Part shown: piece after piece, positions 8,921 through 18,983 of the stretch
Layout: every line of letters starts with the position of its first letter
Numbering within the stretch: the stretch's first letter is position 1
Assembly (NCBI GenBank): GCA_037142955.1
Contig: JBAWZQ010000003.1
Span: 8,980 to 72,979, forward strand
Direction: 5' to 3'
Length of the DNA: 64,000 nt
Origin: Opitutaceae bacterium
GTDB lineage: Bacteria > Verrucomicrobiota > Verrucomicrobiia > Opitutales > Opitutaceae
Notes under the pieces: generated by a model
Database searches by the model: none
The model's input: only the letters and a program-made list of their open reading frames with translations
Told to the model about the DNA's origin: nothing
Made by a program: the position numbers and the translations under genes

Positions 8921-10615
8921 ATGATCGCTCCCGCTAAACCTGACCTCGTCACCGTCAACATCGACGGCCAGGAGATCGCCGTGCCGAAAGGCACCAATGT
9001 CATCGAGGCCGCGCGCCTGGTGAACGTCGACGTCCCGCATTATTGCTACCATCCGAAACTTTCGGTCGTGGGTAATTGCCGCATGTGCCTCATCGAAATG
9101 GGCATGCCCGCCGTCGATCCCGCTACCAAGGCTCCGATCATGGATCCGGCCACCGGCAAGCAGAAGATTAATTGGATCCCGCGCCCCCAGATCGGCTGTG
9201 GCACCAACGTCTCACCTGGCCTGCACGTCAAGACGACCTCCCCTATGGTCAAAGACGCCCGCGAAGGCGTCATGGAGTTCCTACTCATCAATCATCCGCT
9301 CGATTGCCCCATCTGCGATCAAGCCGGCGAATGCAAACTGCAGGAACAAGCAACCGGTTACGGCCGCGGCTACTCCCGTTTCGTCGAACAGAAAAACGTT
9401 AAACCCAAGCGCACTCAACTTGGGCCTCGCGTTACCCTCGATGACGAGCGCTGCATTCTCTGCTCCCGCTGTATCCGTTTCTCCAAGGAAATCGCCAAAG
9501 ACGATGTCCTGGGATTTGTCGATCGCGGCAGTTATTCGACTCTCACCTGTTACCCTGGCAAAAAGCTCGAAAATAATTACTCGCTCAACACCGTCGACAT
9601 CTGTCCCGTAGGCGCGCTTACCAGCACCGATTTCCGTTTCAAGATGCGTGTCTGGTTTCTCAAGCAGACCAACGCCATCGACACCGAATCCTCCGTCGGC
9701 GCCAATACTGTCGTCTGGTCCCGCGAAGGCACGATCTACCGCATCACCCCGCGTCGCAACGACGAGGTGAACGACACTTGGCTGGCCGATAGCGCCCGTG
9801 TCCTCTATAAAGCCGTCAAAGCCGCCGATCGTCTCGCCGCTACCGAGACTATTGAAGCCCTCGTCGCTCGTGCGGCCGCGCTCTTCAAGTCCGCCCCTGG
9901 CGCCATCGCCGTCGTTGGCTCCGGCCGAAGCACGGTGGAAGAACAGTTCCTTACCCGCCACCTCGCCCACGCGCTGAAATCTTCCGCGCAACTGGTCAGT
10001 CGGGTAGGGCAGGGCGACAAGCTCCTCATCTCAGCTGATCGCAATCCCAACGTGCGCGGCGCTCTAGTCACCGGTCTGATCAAGACGTTGCCCACGCAGC
10101 AACTTACCGACCTCGCCGCACAGATCGACGCCGGCAAAATCAAAGTCGTCGTCGCCATCAACGAAGACCTCGCCGCTGCCGGCCTTACTGCCGCGCAGCT
10201 TGCGAAAGTTTCCATTGTTTATCTCGGCGCCCACGCTAACGCGACCAGCGCCGCCGCTAAAGTCGTATTCCCCACGCTCACCGTGTTCGAAAAGAGCGGT
10301 ACGTTGGTTAACCAACAGTTCCGTATCCAGAAGACGCTCAAGGCCGTTCCCGCGGCCGCTGGTGCAACTGACGACCTCGTTGTTCTCTCCCTGTTGGTCG
10401 CAGCCGCCGGTGGGGCCACACTTCCGGCCGAACTCGCTGCACTCTGGAAGGTTATCGCCGCTGAAGTCCCCGCGCTCGCTGCGATGACCTTCACTAATCT
10501 CCCCGAGACCGGCTTGGTACTCGATGCCACGGCATTCGCTGCATTACCCTTCGTCGAAGGCGATTCCCTCCACTACAAACCCGCGCAACCCAGCGTTGCC
10601 GCTGCGACCGCCTGA
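8921..10615 (+). CDS. nuoG: NADH-quinone oxidoreductase subunit G (short form, 564 aa)
   Basis: Contains CRMCLIE, HPLDCPICDQAGECKLQ and CILCSRCIRF. The C-terminal molybdopterin-like domain is reduced and Ala-rich. Confidence 0.9.
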   Translation: MIAPAKPDLVTVNIDGQEIAVPKGTNVIEAARLVNVDVPHYCYHPKLSVVGNCRMCLIEMGMPAVDPATKAPIMDPATGKQKINWIPRPQIGCGTNVSPGLHVKTTSPMVKDAREGVMEFLLINHPLDCPICDQAGECKLQEQATGYGRGYSRFVEQKNVKPKRTQLGPRVTLDDERCILCSRCIRFSKEIAKDDVLGFVDRGSYSTLTCYPGKKLENNYSLNTVDICPVGALTSTDFRFKMRVWFLKQTNAIDTESSVGANTVVWSREGTIYRITPRRNDEVNDTWLADSARVLYKAVKAADRLAATETIEALVARAAALFKSAPGAIAVVGSGRSTVEEQFLTRHLAHALKSSAQLVSRVGQGDKLLISADRNPNVRGALVTGLIKTLPTQQLTDLAAQIDAGKIKVVVAINEDLAAAGLTAAQLAKVSIVYLGAHANATSAAAKVVFPTLTVFEKSGTLVNQQFRIQKTLKAVPAAAGATDDLVVLSLLVAAAGGATLPAELAALWKVIAAEVPALAAMTFTNLPETGLVLDATAFAALPFVEGDSLHYKPAQPSVAAATA

Positions 10616-10629
10616 ACCGAAGCGCCGCC

Positions 10630-11790
10630 ATGTTCGACTTCTACTTCGAAATTCCGCTCGTCATCCGCCTGATTTTGCAAGGCCTCGCCGTGATTATGGT
10701 GATCTTCCCGATCGCCGGCGCGTGCTCGATGGCCGAGCGTAAGGTTGCCGCCTGGATTCAGGATCGCCCCGGCCCCAACCGCGCCACGGTGCCGTGGGTC
10801 GCTTGGATTCCGTTCCTCGGCAAATTTCTTCAGCGTCTGGGTGTGTTTCATGTCATGGCCGACGGCGGCAAGATGATGTTTAAGGAAGATTCATTGCCTG
10901 GGCATGTGAATAAATTTTACTTCGTGCTCGCGCCCATCGTCGCGATGATTCCCGCGCTCACGACCGTCGTTGCGGTGCCCTTCGGTGCATATTTCGATGC
11001 AGCGGGTAAATTGATCCCGCTTGGGTTGGCGCCTCTTGATATCGGCATGTTGGCCGTGTTCGCGGTGTCATCGTTGGGGGTTTACTCCGCGATTCTCGCT
11101 GGCTGGGCTTCCAATTCTAAATACCCGTTCCTTGGCAGCGTGCGCGCTTCGGCGCAGCTCATTTCTTACGAACTTTCAATGACGCTTGCTGTGCTCCCGG
11201 TATTTCTCTGGGTGAATGCGCCCGGCACCGAAGGCACGATGGGCTTCGCCCGCGTTGTCGAGTTCCAAAGCCAGCCCGGTTTACTTGGTGGCATGTGGTT
11301 TGGTTTCCTGATGCCGATTTCGGCTTTTATTTTTCTCGTCGCGCTTTTCGCGGAAACGAATCGCCAGCCGTTCGATACCGTCGAATCCGAGTCCGATCTG
11401 GTCGGCAGTTTTCACACCGAATACGGCGCGTTTAAATGGGGTCTATTCTTCGTCGCGGAGTATTCGCATATGATCGTGGGCTCCGGTGTGTTCATGCTGC
11501 TTTTCGGCGGCGGTTGGAACCCGCTCCCATGGGTCTCGCTCGCCACGGCCGTAGAATTCCTCGGCACATTCCTGTCCTTTGCGCATGCGCCGCTTTTCGT
11601 CGGAATTTTGTCCATCGCCATCTTCATGGGCAAGGTGCTCGCGATGATCTTCTTTTTCATGTGGGTGCGCTGGACGCTCCCGCGTTTTCGCTACGATCAA
11701 GTTATGAAGATTGGCTGGCAGAAATTGCTACCGCTCTCCATCGCCAACCTCCTCTTCTACGCGATCGCCATCGCGTTGATCCAAAAGTAA
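10630..11790 (+). CDS. nuoH: NADH-quinone oxidoreductase subunit H
   Basis: Polytopic membrane protein with ND1/NuoH motifs (AERKVAAWIQDR.GPNR, ETNRQPFD), in the expected operon position. Confidence 0.9.
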   Translation: MFDFYFEIPLVIRLILQGLAVIMVIFPIAGACSMAERKVAAWIQDRPGPNRATVPWVAWIPFLGKFLQRLGVFHVMADGGKMMFKEDSLPGHVNKFYFVLAPIVAMIPALTTVVAVPFGAYFDAAGKLIPLGLAPLDIGMLAVFAVSSLGVYSAILAGWASNSKYPFLGSVRASAQLISYELSMTLAVLPVFLWVNAPGTEGTMGFARVVEFQSQPGLLGGMWFGFLMPISAFIFLVALFAETNRQPFDTVESESDLVGSFHTEYGAFKWGLFFVAEYSHMIVGSGVFMLLFGGGWNPLPWVSLATAVEFLGTFLSFAHAPLFVGILSIAIFMGKVLAMIFFFMWVRWTLPRFRYDQVMKIGWQKLLPLSIANLLFYAIAIALIQK

Positions 11791-11809
11791 TTTTCAACCG
11801 AACCGCGCC

Positions 11810-12352
11810 ATGGCCGTCATCACCGTCGAACGAAAGCCGCTCACTTTTCTCGAGCGCACCTATCTCCCGCAAATCGCCGGCGGGTTGAAGACGACCTTCA
11901 AGCATCTCATCGCGCCGAAAAAAACGCTCGAATATCCTGAGCAACGTCCGGCGATACCCGTCGGTTACCGCGGCGTGCCGACGCTCGTGAAGGATCCCAA
12001 CGGTCGCGAGAAATGCGTTTCCTGCCAACTCTGCGAATTTGTCTGCCCGCCTAAAGCAATCCGTATCACCCCTGGTGAGATTCCCGCCGATCAGGCTGAC
12101 CGCGCGCACGTCGAGAAAGGACCGCAAGCTTTCGACATCGACATGCTGCGCTGCATTTACTGTGGCCTGTGTCAGGAAGTTTGTCCTGAGGAAGCGATTT
12201 TTCTTCAGAACCAATTTTCGATGTCCGGCTACACCCGCGCCGAGATGGTGAACCATAAGGACCGCCTCTACGAACTTGGCGGAACCTTGCCCGACGCCCA
12301 CCATAAATGGGATAAGAAAAAAGCTGCCGAAGAACACGGGAACGCCCACTAA
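11810..12352 (+). CDS. nuoI: NADH-quinone oxidoreductase subunit I (2x 4Fe-4S)
   Basis: Contains CVSCQLCEFVCP and CIYCGLCQEVCP. Confidence 0.95.
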   Translation: MAVITVERKPLTFLERTYLPQIAGGLKTTFKHLIAPKKTLEYPEQRPAIPVGYRGVPTLVKDPNGREKCVSCQLCEFVCPPKAIRITPGEIPADQADRAHVEKGPQAFDIDMLRCIYCGLCQEVCPEEAIFLQNQFSMSGYTRAEMVNHKDRLYELGGTLPDAHHKWDKKKAAEEHGNAH

Positions 12353-12417
12353 TCCACCGTTGCTCGTTCTTCGCTCTGCCTGCATCACCGAACTTTTTTA
12401 AGCCCGACCCGAACGAC

Positions 12418-12930
12418 ATGGCCCCATTCCTTTTCCTGCTTTTCGCGATCTTTACGGTGCTCTGCGCCGTGGGAGTCGTCGTGAACAAGAACGCCGTCAA
12501 CGCGTCCATTTGCCTCATTCTTTGCTTGGTCGGTGTCGCTGGACTCTTCGTCCAGCTCGATGCCTACCTCTTAGCCTTCGTGCTTCTACTGGTCTACGCG
12601 GGCGCGGTAGCTGCTTTGTTTTTATTCATCGTTATGTTGCTCGACGTGCAGGGTAAAGAAAGCTTCGGCCTCCGTGGCTTCCGTACGATCGCGGGTTTTG
12701 TAGCCTTCTCGCTCTTGCTCGCTGGTATCGGCAGCGTCGCGTTGAAGGGTCAAATTGTAAGTTCTCCCCCAGTTAATGTTGCTGAAGGCGCGCAGCTCAA
12801 ACTTTACGCTTACCAATTGTTCACGACCTACCTGTTGCCCGTGCAGATCATCGGTTTCCTTCTGTTGATCTCGATGCTCGGCGTGATCGTGCTCAGCAAG
12901 AAACACGAAATCGTGGAGGATGCCAAATGA
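12418..12930 (+). CDS. nuoJ: NADH-quinone oxidoreductase subunit J
   Basis: 170-aa hydrophobic protein in the operon position for nuoJ. It overlaps nuoK by ATGA. Confidence 0.85.
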   Translation: MAPFLFLLFAIFTVLCAVGVVVNKNAVNASICLILCLVGVAGLFVQLDAYLLAFVLLLVYAGAVAALFLFIVMLLDVQGKESFGLRGFRTIAGFVAFSLLLAGIGSVALKGQIVSSPPVNVAEGAQLKLYAYQLFTTYLLPVQIIGFLLLISMLGVIVLSKKHEIVEDAK

Positions 12931-13235
12931 TGACCGCTAGCCTCAACGCCTACATTATCGTCAGTGCCGTGCTCTTCGCCATCGGCTTTTTTGGGGTGCT
13001 AGTCCGTCGCAACACCTTGATCGTCTTCATGAGTCTGGAGCTTATGCTCATCGCCTCTACGCTCGCGCTCGTCGCCTTCTCCCGCGTCAACGGCACGATG
13101 GATGGTAACGTTTTTGTCTTCTTCATCCTCACCGTCGCGGCCGCAGAGGTCGCGGTCGGTCTCGCCATCATCGTCGCGCTCTTTCGCCGCCGCCATACGG
13201 TGCAGATTGACCAGCTCGACACCCTGAAGAACTGA
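12927..13235 (+). CDS. nuoK: NADH-quinone oxidoreductase subunit K
   Basis: 102 aa with three TM segments, and conserved Glu residues in LELML and [11 protein letters not shown]. Confidence 0.9.
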   Translation: MMTASLNAYIIVSAVLFAIGFFGVLVRRNTLIVFMSLELMLIASTLALVAFSRVNGTMDGNVFVFFILTVAAAEVAVGLAIIVALFRRRHTVQIDQLDTLKN

Positions 13236-13240
13236 CGCCG

Positions 13241-15124
13241 ATGACCATGCTCCAGCACGCTCTCCTTGTTTTGCTGCTCCCGCTCGCTTCGGCGGCGGCG
13301 ATCGCGCTTTTCCTGCGCCGCTCCGGTGGTGTCGCCTCGATTTTATCAACGGCCACCGCGGCCGCGATCGCAGGCTTCGCCCTTCTTCTCGCGCTCAATA
13401 ATGAACGCTTCAGCGAATCCTTCGAGTGGCTCCGCTTAGGTAACTTCGCCCTTTCGATCGGCTTTAAATTTGATGACCTCGCCGCGCTGATGTTGGTGAT
13501 CGTCGGCATCGTCGGCCTCTGCGTCCACGTCTTCTCGCTCGGCTACATGCACGAGGATGCGGCCAAGGCCCGCTACTTCGGCGGGCTCTCAATCTTTATG
13601 TTTTCGATGCTCGGCATCGTGTTCGCCGACAATCTTTTCATGATGTTCATTTTCTGGGAGCTCGTTGGTTTTAGCTCCTACTTGCTCATCAATCACTGGC
13701 ATGAAAACGCTGCGCCTGCCGCCGCTTCCAAAAAAGCCTTCATCGCCAACCGCGTCGGCGACTTTGGTTTCCTACTCGGCATCGTGATGTGCTACTGGGC
13801 TAACGGCACCGTTAACTTCATCGAGCTCGCCACCAAGGCTGACTCTCACGCCCTCGTCATCAGCACGGCAATCCCGCTGCTACTGTTCTGCGGCGCGGTC
13901 GGCAAGTCCGCCCAGCTTCCCCTCCAGGTCTGGCTCCCCGATGCCATGGAAGGCCCGACGCCTGTCTCTGCCCTCATCCACGCCGCCACGATGGTCGCTG
14001 CCGGTATTTACATGCTGTGCCGCATCAATGTCCTCATGGTGCCCGATGCCCTTACCGTTATCATGTGGACCGGCACTGCGACCGCTCTTTACGCGGCCCT
14101 CTGCGCCATCGTCCAGAGCGATATTAAGAAAGTGTTGGCGTACTCCACGCTTTCACAACTTGGCTACATGGTCGCCGCCTTCGGCCTGGGCTCGTTGACC
14201 GTTTCGCACGCTCACGGCGCGGATACGCACACGGTCGTCCTCGCTGCGGGCGTTGGTGCAGCGATGTTCCATCTGACCACCCACGCCTTTTTCAAGGCCC
14301 TGATGTTTCTAGGTTCCGGCTCTGTCATTCACGGCTGCCATCACGAACAAAACATCTTCCGCATGGGCGGTCTCGCGAAGAAAATGCCGTTCACCTTCGT
14401 TACCTTCACACTTGGCGTGGCGGCGATCATTGGTTTTCCGTTTCTCGCCGGCTTCTTCTCCAAAGACGCGATACTTTACCTCGCCTTCGCTAACAACAAG
14501 GCCGTCTTCGCGGTCCTCGCACTCACGGCGGTTCTCACCTCACTCTATATGGTGCGCCTCTGGAAAATCACCTTCCTCGGCGCTCCGCGCTCCGATGCCG
14601 CGTCGCACGCGCACGAAGGCGGTCTCACACTCACGGCCCCGCTACTTGTGCTCGCACTTCTCACCGTGATGGGTGGTTACACGGGGATTTACCCCGATGT
14701 ATTCTCCGGCATTTTCGATCTCATTCCTGAGGCGCACGGTTCTGATCACACTGTTATTTTGCTCACCAGTCTGGCGGTCATGGTGCTTGGCGCAGGTGCT
14801 TCGCTCGCACTCTACGGCACCTCGGGGACGGATTCGCTCCAGCAAAAATCTCCCGGACTCTTCGGCGCGCTCTCCGGCCTGCAACTCTCTTTCGACCGCG
14901 GTTACGAGTACTACGTCGCGAAAGTTCAGCAGCGTTTTGCGTTATTCCTCAACTTTCTTGAGCAAATATTTCTCGCCGGCCTCATCGTGCGCGGTCTGGC
15001 CGGTATTGTCGGACTGTTCGGCCTCGGGGCACGTTCGCTCCACGTCGGTCGACTCAACGTTTACGTTTATTGGTTCCTGCTCGGCATCGTGATCCTTTGG
15101 ATCTACGCGACCTTTAATTTCTGA
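13241..15124 (+). CDS. nuoL: NADH-quinone oxidoreductase subunit L
   Basis: 627-aa antiporter-like subunit. Contains WELVGFSSYLLI and KSAQLPLQVWLPDAMEGPTPVSALIHAATMV. Confidence 0.95.
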   Translation: MTMLQHALLVLLLPLASAAAIALFLRRSGGVASILSTATAAAIAGFALLLALNNERFSESFEWLRLGNFALSIGFKFDDLAALMLVIVGIVGLCVHVFSLGYMHEDAAKARYFGGLSIFMFSMLGIVFADNLFMMFIFWELVGFSSYLLINHWHENAAPAAASKKAFIANRVGDFGFLLGIVMCYWANGTVNFIELATKADSHALVISTAIPLLLFCGAVGKSAQLPLQVWLPDAMEGPTPVSALIHAATMVAAGIYMLCRINVLMVPDALTVIMWTGTATALYAALCAIVQSDIKKVLAYSTLSQLGYMVAAFGLGSLTVSHAHGADTHTVVLAAGVGAAMFHLTTHAFFKALMFLGSGSVIHGCHHEQNIFRMGGLAKKMPFTFVTFTLGVAAIIGFPFLAGFFSKDAILYLAFANNKAVFAVLALTAVLTSLYMVRLWKITFLGAPRSDAASHAHEGGLTLTAPLLVLALLTVMGGYTGIYPDVFSGIFDLIPEAHGSDHTVILLTSLAVMVLGAGASLALYGTSGTDSLQQKSPGLFGALSGLQLSFDRGYEYYVAKVQQRFALFLNFLEQIFLAGLIVRGLAGIVGLFGLGARSLHVGRLNVYVYWFLLGIVILWIYATFNF

Positions 15125-15131
15125 TCCTGCG

Positions 15132-16652
15132 ATGAGCACTCTGCCTTTCGATCCACTCCTCGCCGCCATCTTCGCGCCGCTCGCCGTCGCGTTGGCCATC
15201 GCGTGCGGACTGCCCAAGCGCTTCTCCGTGAAGCTCGCCTACGTAGGCTTCGGTGTGCCGCTGCTGCTTGCGCTACACGTTTGGTTTTATTACGGCACGG
15301 CAGCGCAGACGCAGGGTTATGCGTTCCTCGCGTCGTATTCCACGGGCTTGGATAGCCTCGGTATTGGCCTTAAACTCGGTCTTAATGGTATCTCGCTCCC
15401 GCTCTTCGTGCTCGCCGGTATCGTCGGTTTCGCTGCCGGTCTTTACGCCATTCAGTCCGGCGCCGAACGTCTGAAAATTTACCTCATGCTCTTGCTCGTG
15501 ATGCAAGGCGGCTTGATGGGCGTGTTCGCCAGCGTGGATATCTTCTTTTTCTATTTCTTCCACGAACTCGCTCTCATTCCGACGTTTATCATGGTCGGCA
15601 TCTGGGGTGGCCGTGACCGCAACTACGCGGCGATGAAGCTCACGATCTATCTCACACTCGGTGCGATGCTTTCGCTCATCGGTCTGATTGCACTCTATGT
15701 TAAAAGCGGCGCTCACAGCTTTGACCTAATCGAACTCCGCCGCGTGATCGCCGCCCAACCTCTAGAGGTCACGGTGCAACATAACATCTTCGGCCTTCTT
15801 GCCCTCGGCTTCGGTATTCTCGTTTCCCTTTGGCCGCTCCACACGTGGGCCCCGCTCGGTTACGGCGCTGCGCCGAGTTCGGCCGCTATGCTTCACGCTG
15901 GTGTACTTAAAAAATTCGGCCTCTACGGCCTGATTCAGATCGCGCTCCCGCTTTTGCCCGCTGGGCTCATCCAATGGTCGCATCCGCTCGCCTGGCTCGC
16001 CGTTGTCGGCAACGTACTTGTCATCGGCTTTGTCACTATAGCCCAACGAGACCTCAAGCAGATGGTCGGTTACAGCTCTGTGATGCACATGGGTTATGCG
16101 TTTCTCGGCATTGCCGCGGGTTCGACCCTCGGTGTCGGTGGTGTCGTATTGCTCATGGTCGCGCACGGCCTTTCGGTCGCGCTGATGTTCCTGCTGACTA
16201 CGAGTGTTTATCACCGCACGCACACCTTCGCGCTCGATGAGATGGGCGGCCTCGCGCAAAAAGCCCCGGTTTTATCGGCGCTCTTTGTTGCCGCGACGTT
16301 CGCCGGCATCGGCTTGCCCGGCTTCGCCAACTTCTGGGGTGAACTCACCATCTTCGTCGCGCTCTGGAAATTTTCTCCCCTCATTACGGCCCTGGCCGTC
16401 GCCGGGGTCGTGATTTCAGCGGTTTACGGTCTACGTGCCGCGGCCCGTGTCTTCTTTGGCCCTGCTACACCGGAGTTCTCTAAGATTGCCTCCGAGCATC
16501 CGGTCTCCGACCTCCGCTGGAGTGAACGTCTTCCGGCCCTGATTCTTCTCGCTGCTCTCATGTTCATCGGCTTCTGGCCGAAGTCCCTCTCCACCGCCCT
16601 CGACGCTACGCTCTCGCCCGCGCCCGCCGCGCAGGTAGGCGCCGTCAAGTAA
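15132..16652 (+). CDS. nuoM: NADH-quinone oxidoreductase subunit M
   Basis: 506-aa antiporter-like subunit (HELALIPTFIMVGIWGG, LHTWAP..Y..AP), in the operon position for nuoM. Confidence 0.95.
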   Translation: MSTLPFDPLLAAIFAPLAVALAIACGLPKRFSVKLAYVGFGVPLLLALHVWFYYGTAAQTQGYAFLASYSTGLDSLGIGLKLGLNGISLPLFVLAGIVGFAAGLYAIQSGAERLKIYLMLLLVMQGGLMGVFASVDIFFFYFFHELALIPTFIMVGIWGGRDRNYAAMKLTIYLTLGAMLSLIGLIALYVKSGAHSFDLIELRRVIAAQPLEVTVQHNIFGLLALGFGILVSLWPLHTWAPLGYGAAPSSAAMLHAGVLKKFGLYGLIQIALPLLPAGLIQWSHPLAWLAVVGNVLVIGFVTIAQRDLKQMVGYSSVMHMGYAFLGIAAGSTLGVGGVVLLMVAHGLSVALMFLLTTSVYHRTHTFALDEMGGLAQKAPVLSALFVAATFAGIGLPGFANFWGELTIFVALWKFSPLITALAVAGVVISAVYGLRAAARVFFGPATPEFSKIASEHPVSDLRWSERLPALILLAALMFIGFWPKSLSTALDATLSPAPAAQVGAVK

Positions 16653-16664
16653 CGCTTCACCGCA

Positions 16665-18173
16665 ATGGATATTTCGGTCCTTCAAACCCTCGCCAGTCGC
16701 AACCTCTGGGGCGCTATCACTCCCGAGATTCTTCTCGGCGGTCTCGCCCTTGTATTGCTCGTCATCGAGCTGCTGTTCCCAAAAGAACACGCCCGAATTG
16801 TGCCGGTGGCCGCCCTTGTCGGCCTGGTGACCATCCTTGGCGGGGTGCTGTTTAATGCACCTTCCGCTTATCTCAACCAGGAGACTTTCAATGGCCTGCT
16901 CCTGCACACTCACGGCGGTCAAGTCATGCGCGTGTTTTTCCTGCTCTCCGCGATTATGGTGTGCGTGATCGCTCGGGTAAGTCTAGCGAAACAGTCGCTT
17001 CCGCGCGTCGAATTTTATCATATCGTACTCGTAGTTACCGCCGCGATGATGCTCCTCGCGCAGTCCAATCACCTCGTGTTGTTTTTCGTTGCGCTCGAGA
17101 CGGTCACCATCGGTCTTTACATTTTGGTTAGTTATTACCGCACCTCGCTCACGCTGGAGGCCGGCCTTAAGTATCTTGTTATGGGCGCGCTGAGCTCCTC
17201 GCTGATGCTCTTCGGCATCGTTCTTCTCTATGGTGTCGCCGGCAACCCTGCGCTTCCCGCGCACACCGCGCAGAGCATGCACTATGGCCAGCTCGCGGCA
17301 TTCCTCGCTGCCAACCCGCATAACTTTCTTGCGAGTATCGGCATCGTCCTCGTGCTTGCCGGCGTTGCGTTTAAAATCGGCGCTTTCCCCTTCCAGATTT
17401 GGGTGCCTGATGTCTATCAAGGCGCGCCCACGCCCGTGACCGCGTTTCTCGCGGTCTCGTCCAAAGCCGTGGGTTTCACCGCGCTACTCGCGCTTGCTGG
17501 CACGGTCTTCGCTAGCTACGCTTGGCTTGTCGCCCCGGTCCTCACCTTCTTCGCCGCGACCACCCTCTTGTTTGGCAACTTCGCTGCGCTTACGCAGCAC
17601 AACGTCAAACGCCTCATCGGCCTCTCCGGTGTTTCCCACGCCGGCTTCCTGCTACTCGGAGTTGCTGCCGTGAGTCGCGCTCCGATGGCTGTTGGTGCGA
17701 TTTATTTCTATCTCTTTGCCTACTTACTCGCCTCGTTTGCCGTGTTTGGCGTGATGGCTCACGTCGCTGGCTCTAATGACGCCGATCAAGAACTCGATCA
17801 CTATGCTGGCCTCGCCAAGGACCGACCGTTCCTCGCCCTTGTGCTCGCCCTTGGGCTCGGCTCACTCGCGGGCATCCCGCCGCTCGTCGGCTTCATGGGT
17901 AAGCTCTTCATTTTTATCGCTGCCTTCCAAGCTGGTCTCTACGGGCTACTCGCCATCTCGGTCATCGGTGTGGTCGTTTCGATTTATTATTATTTCGGTT
18001 GGATTAAAGCCGCCTTCTTCGAGACGTGGGGCAAGTCCGCTGATGCTCCTGCTCATCCCGAGCGCACCTCGGTTGATTTCGTCACGGGTTTCGCCCTCAG
18101 TGCGCTCGCCCTCGCTGTCGTCGTTCTCGGATTTTATCAAGGCCCACTCGGCTCCTGGCTCTCAGGTCGCTGA
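16665..18173 (+). CDS. nuoN: NADH-quinone oxidoreductase subunit N
   Basis: 502-aa antiporter-like subunit (FKIGAFPFQIWVPDVYQGAPTPVTAFL); last gene of the operon. Confidence 0.95.
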   Translation: MDISVLQTLASRNLWGAITPEILLGGLALVLLVIELLFPKEHARIVPVAALVGLVTILGGVLFNAPSAYLNQETFNGLLLHTHGGQVMRVFFLLSAIMVCVIARVSLAKQSLPRVEFYHIVLVVTAAMMLLAQSNHLVLFFVALETVTIGLYILVSYYRTSLTLEAGLKYLVMGALSSSLMLFGIVLLYGVAGNPALPAHTAQSMHYGQLAAFLAANPHNFLASIGIVLVLAGVAFKIGAFPFQIWVPDVYQGAPTPVTAFLAVSSKAVGFTALLALAGTVFASYAWLVAPVLTFFAATTLLFGNFAALTQHNVKRLIGLSGVSHAGFLLLGVAAVSRAPMAVGAIYFYLFAYLLASFAVFGVMAHVAGSNDADQELDHYAGLAKDRPFLALVLALGLGSLAGIPPLVGFMGKLFIFIAAFQAGLYGLLAISVIGVVVSIYYYFGWIKAAFFETWGKSADAPAHPERTSVDFVTGFALSALALAVVVLGFYQGPLGSWLSGR

Positions 18174-18191
18174 GTTTCGTAGGTCACCACC

Positions 18192-18911
18192 ATGCTTCTG
18201 ATCGGTCTCGATCTGGCGTGGGGTGAAAAAAATTCCGACGGGGTCTGCCTCATTCGTTACGCCCGTCGTCGCGCCCGCATAGTCGGGTACGCTTACCCGC
18301 ACGGTGATGCTGCTCTGATCGCCGCTTTGGTGCCCCACTTAAAGCCCGATGAACCGGCCTTTGCTGCTATCGACGCCCCGATTGTGTGCCCCAATTCCAC
18401 GGGCGCCCGTCCCGTTGATCGGCTCACTCATACGCTCTTTCACCGCGAACACGCCGCCTGCCACCCCGCCAATCTCACGCAATGCCCCCGCCCGCCACGC
18501 GTTTTAGCGCGCCTCGCGACCGACTTGGGCTTTGTAGCGGGTTGGCAAGATTTTGGATCGCGCCTAGCTACTGAGGTATACCCGCACCCTGCGATGGTCC
18601 GATTTTTTCGTCTGCCGCGCATCATCAAATATAAGAAAGGGCGGGCTGCCGACCGTCGCCGTGAATTTCGCCGCCTCCAGCGTCATCTTCGAGCTTTGCT
18701 CTCCGCTGAGTTTCCCTTTCTCGCCGTAGATACTGAAACGATTGCGCTTCTCTCCACTCCGTGGAGCAAACCAATCGAAGACCGCACCGACGCGCTCTTC
18801 TGCGCTCTGATTGCGCTCTGGCACGTGTACTATCAAGGTGCCCGTAGTGAAATCCTCGGTGACATCACCACAGGATTTATCCTGCTCCCCTCCAATTCAA
18901 GCGCGGCTTAG
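18192..18911 (+). CDS. DUF429-family protein (predicted RNase H-like fold)
   Basis: 239 aa with N-terminal LIGLDLAWGEKNSDG. Its size and overall pattern fit DUF429. It starts 18 nt after the nuoN stop. Confidence 0.5.
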   Translation: MLLIGLDLAWGEKNSDGVCLIRYARRRARIVGYAYPHGDAALIAALVPHLKPDEPAFAAIDAPIVCPNSTGARPVDRLTHTLFHREHAACHPANLTQCPRPPRVLARLATDLGFVAGWQDFGSRLATEVYPHPAMVRFFRLPRIIKYKKGRAADRRREFRRLQRHLRALLSAEFPFLAVDTETIALLSTPWSKPIEDRTDALFCALIALWHVYYQGARSEILGDITTGFILLPSNSSAA

Positions 18912-18983
18912 TAGTAGAAACTAAGCCTAGGTACTTTCTGTGGCTTGCTCTTTTCACCCCAGTTTGCGGCTATTGAATCGCTC

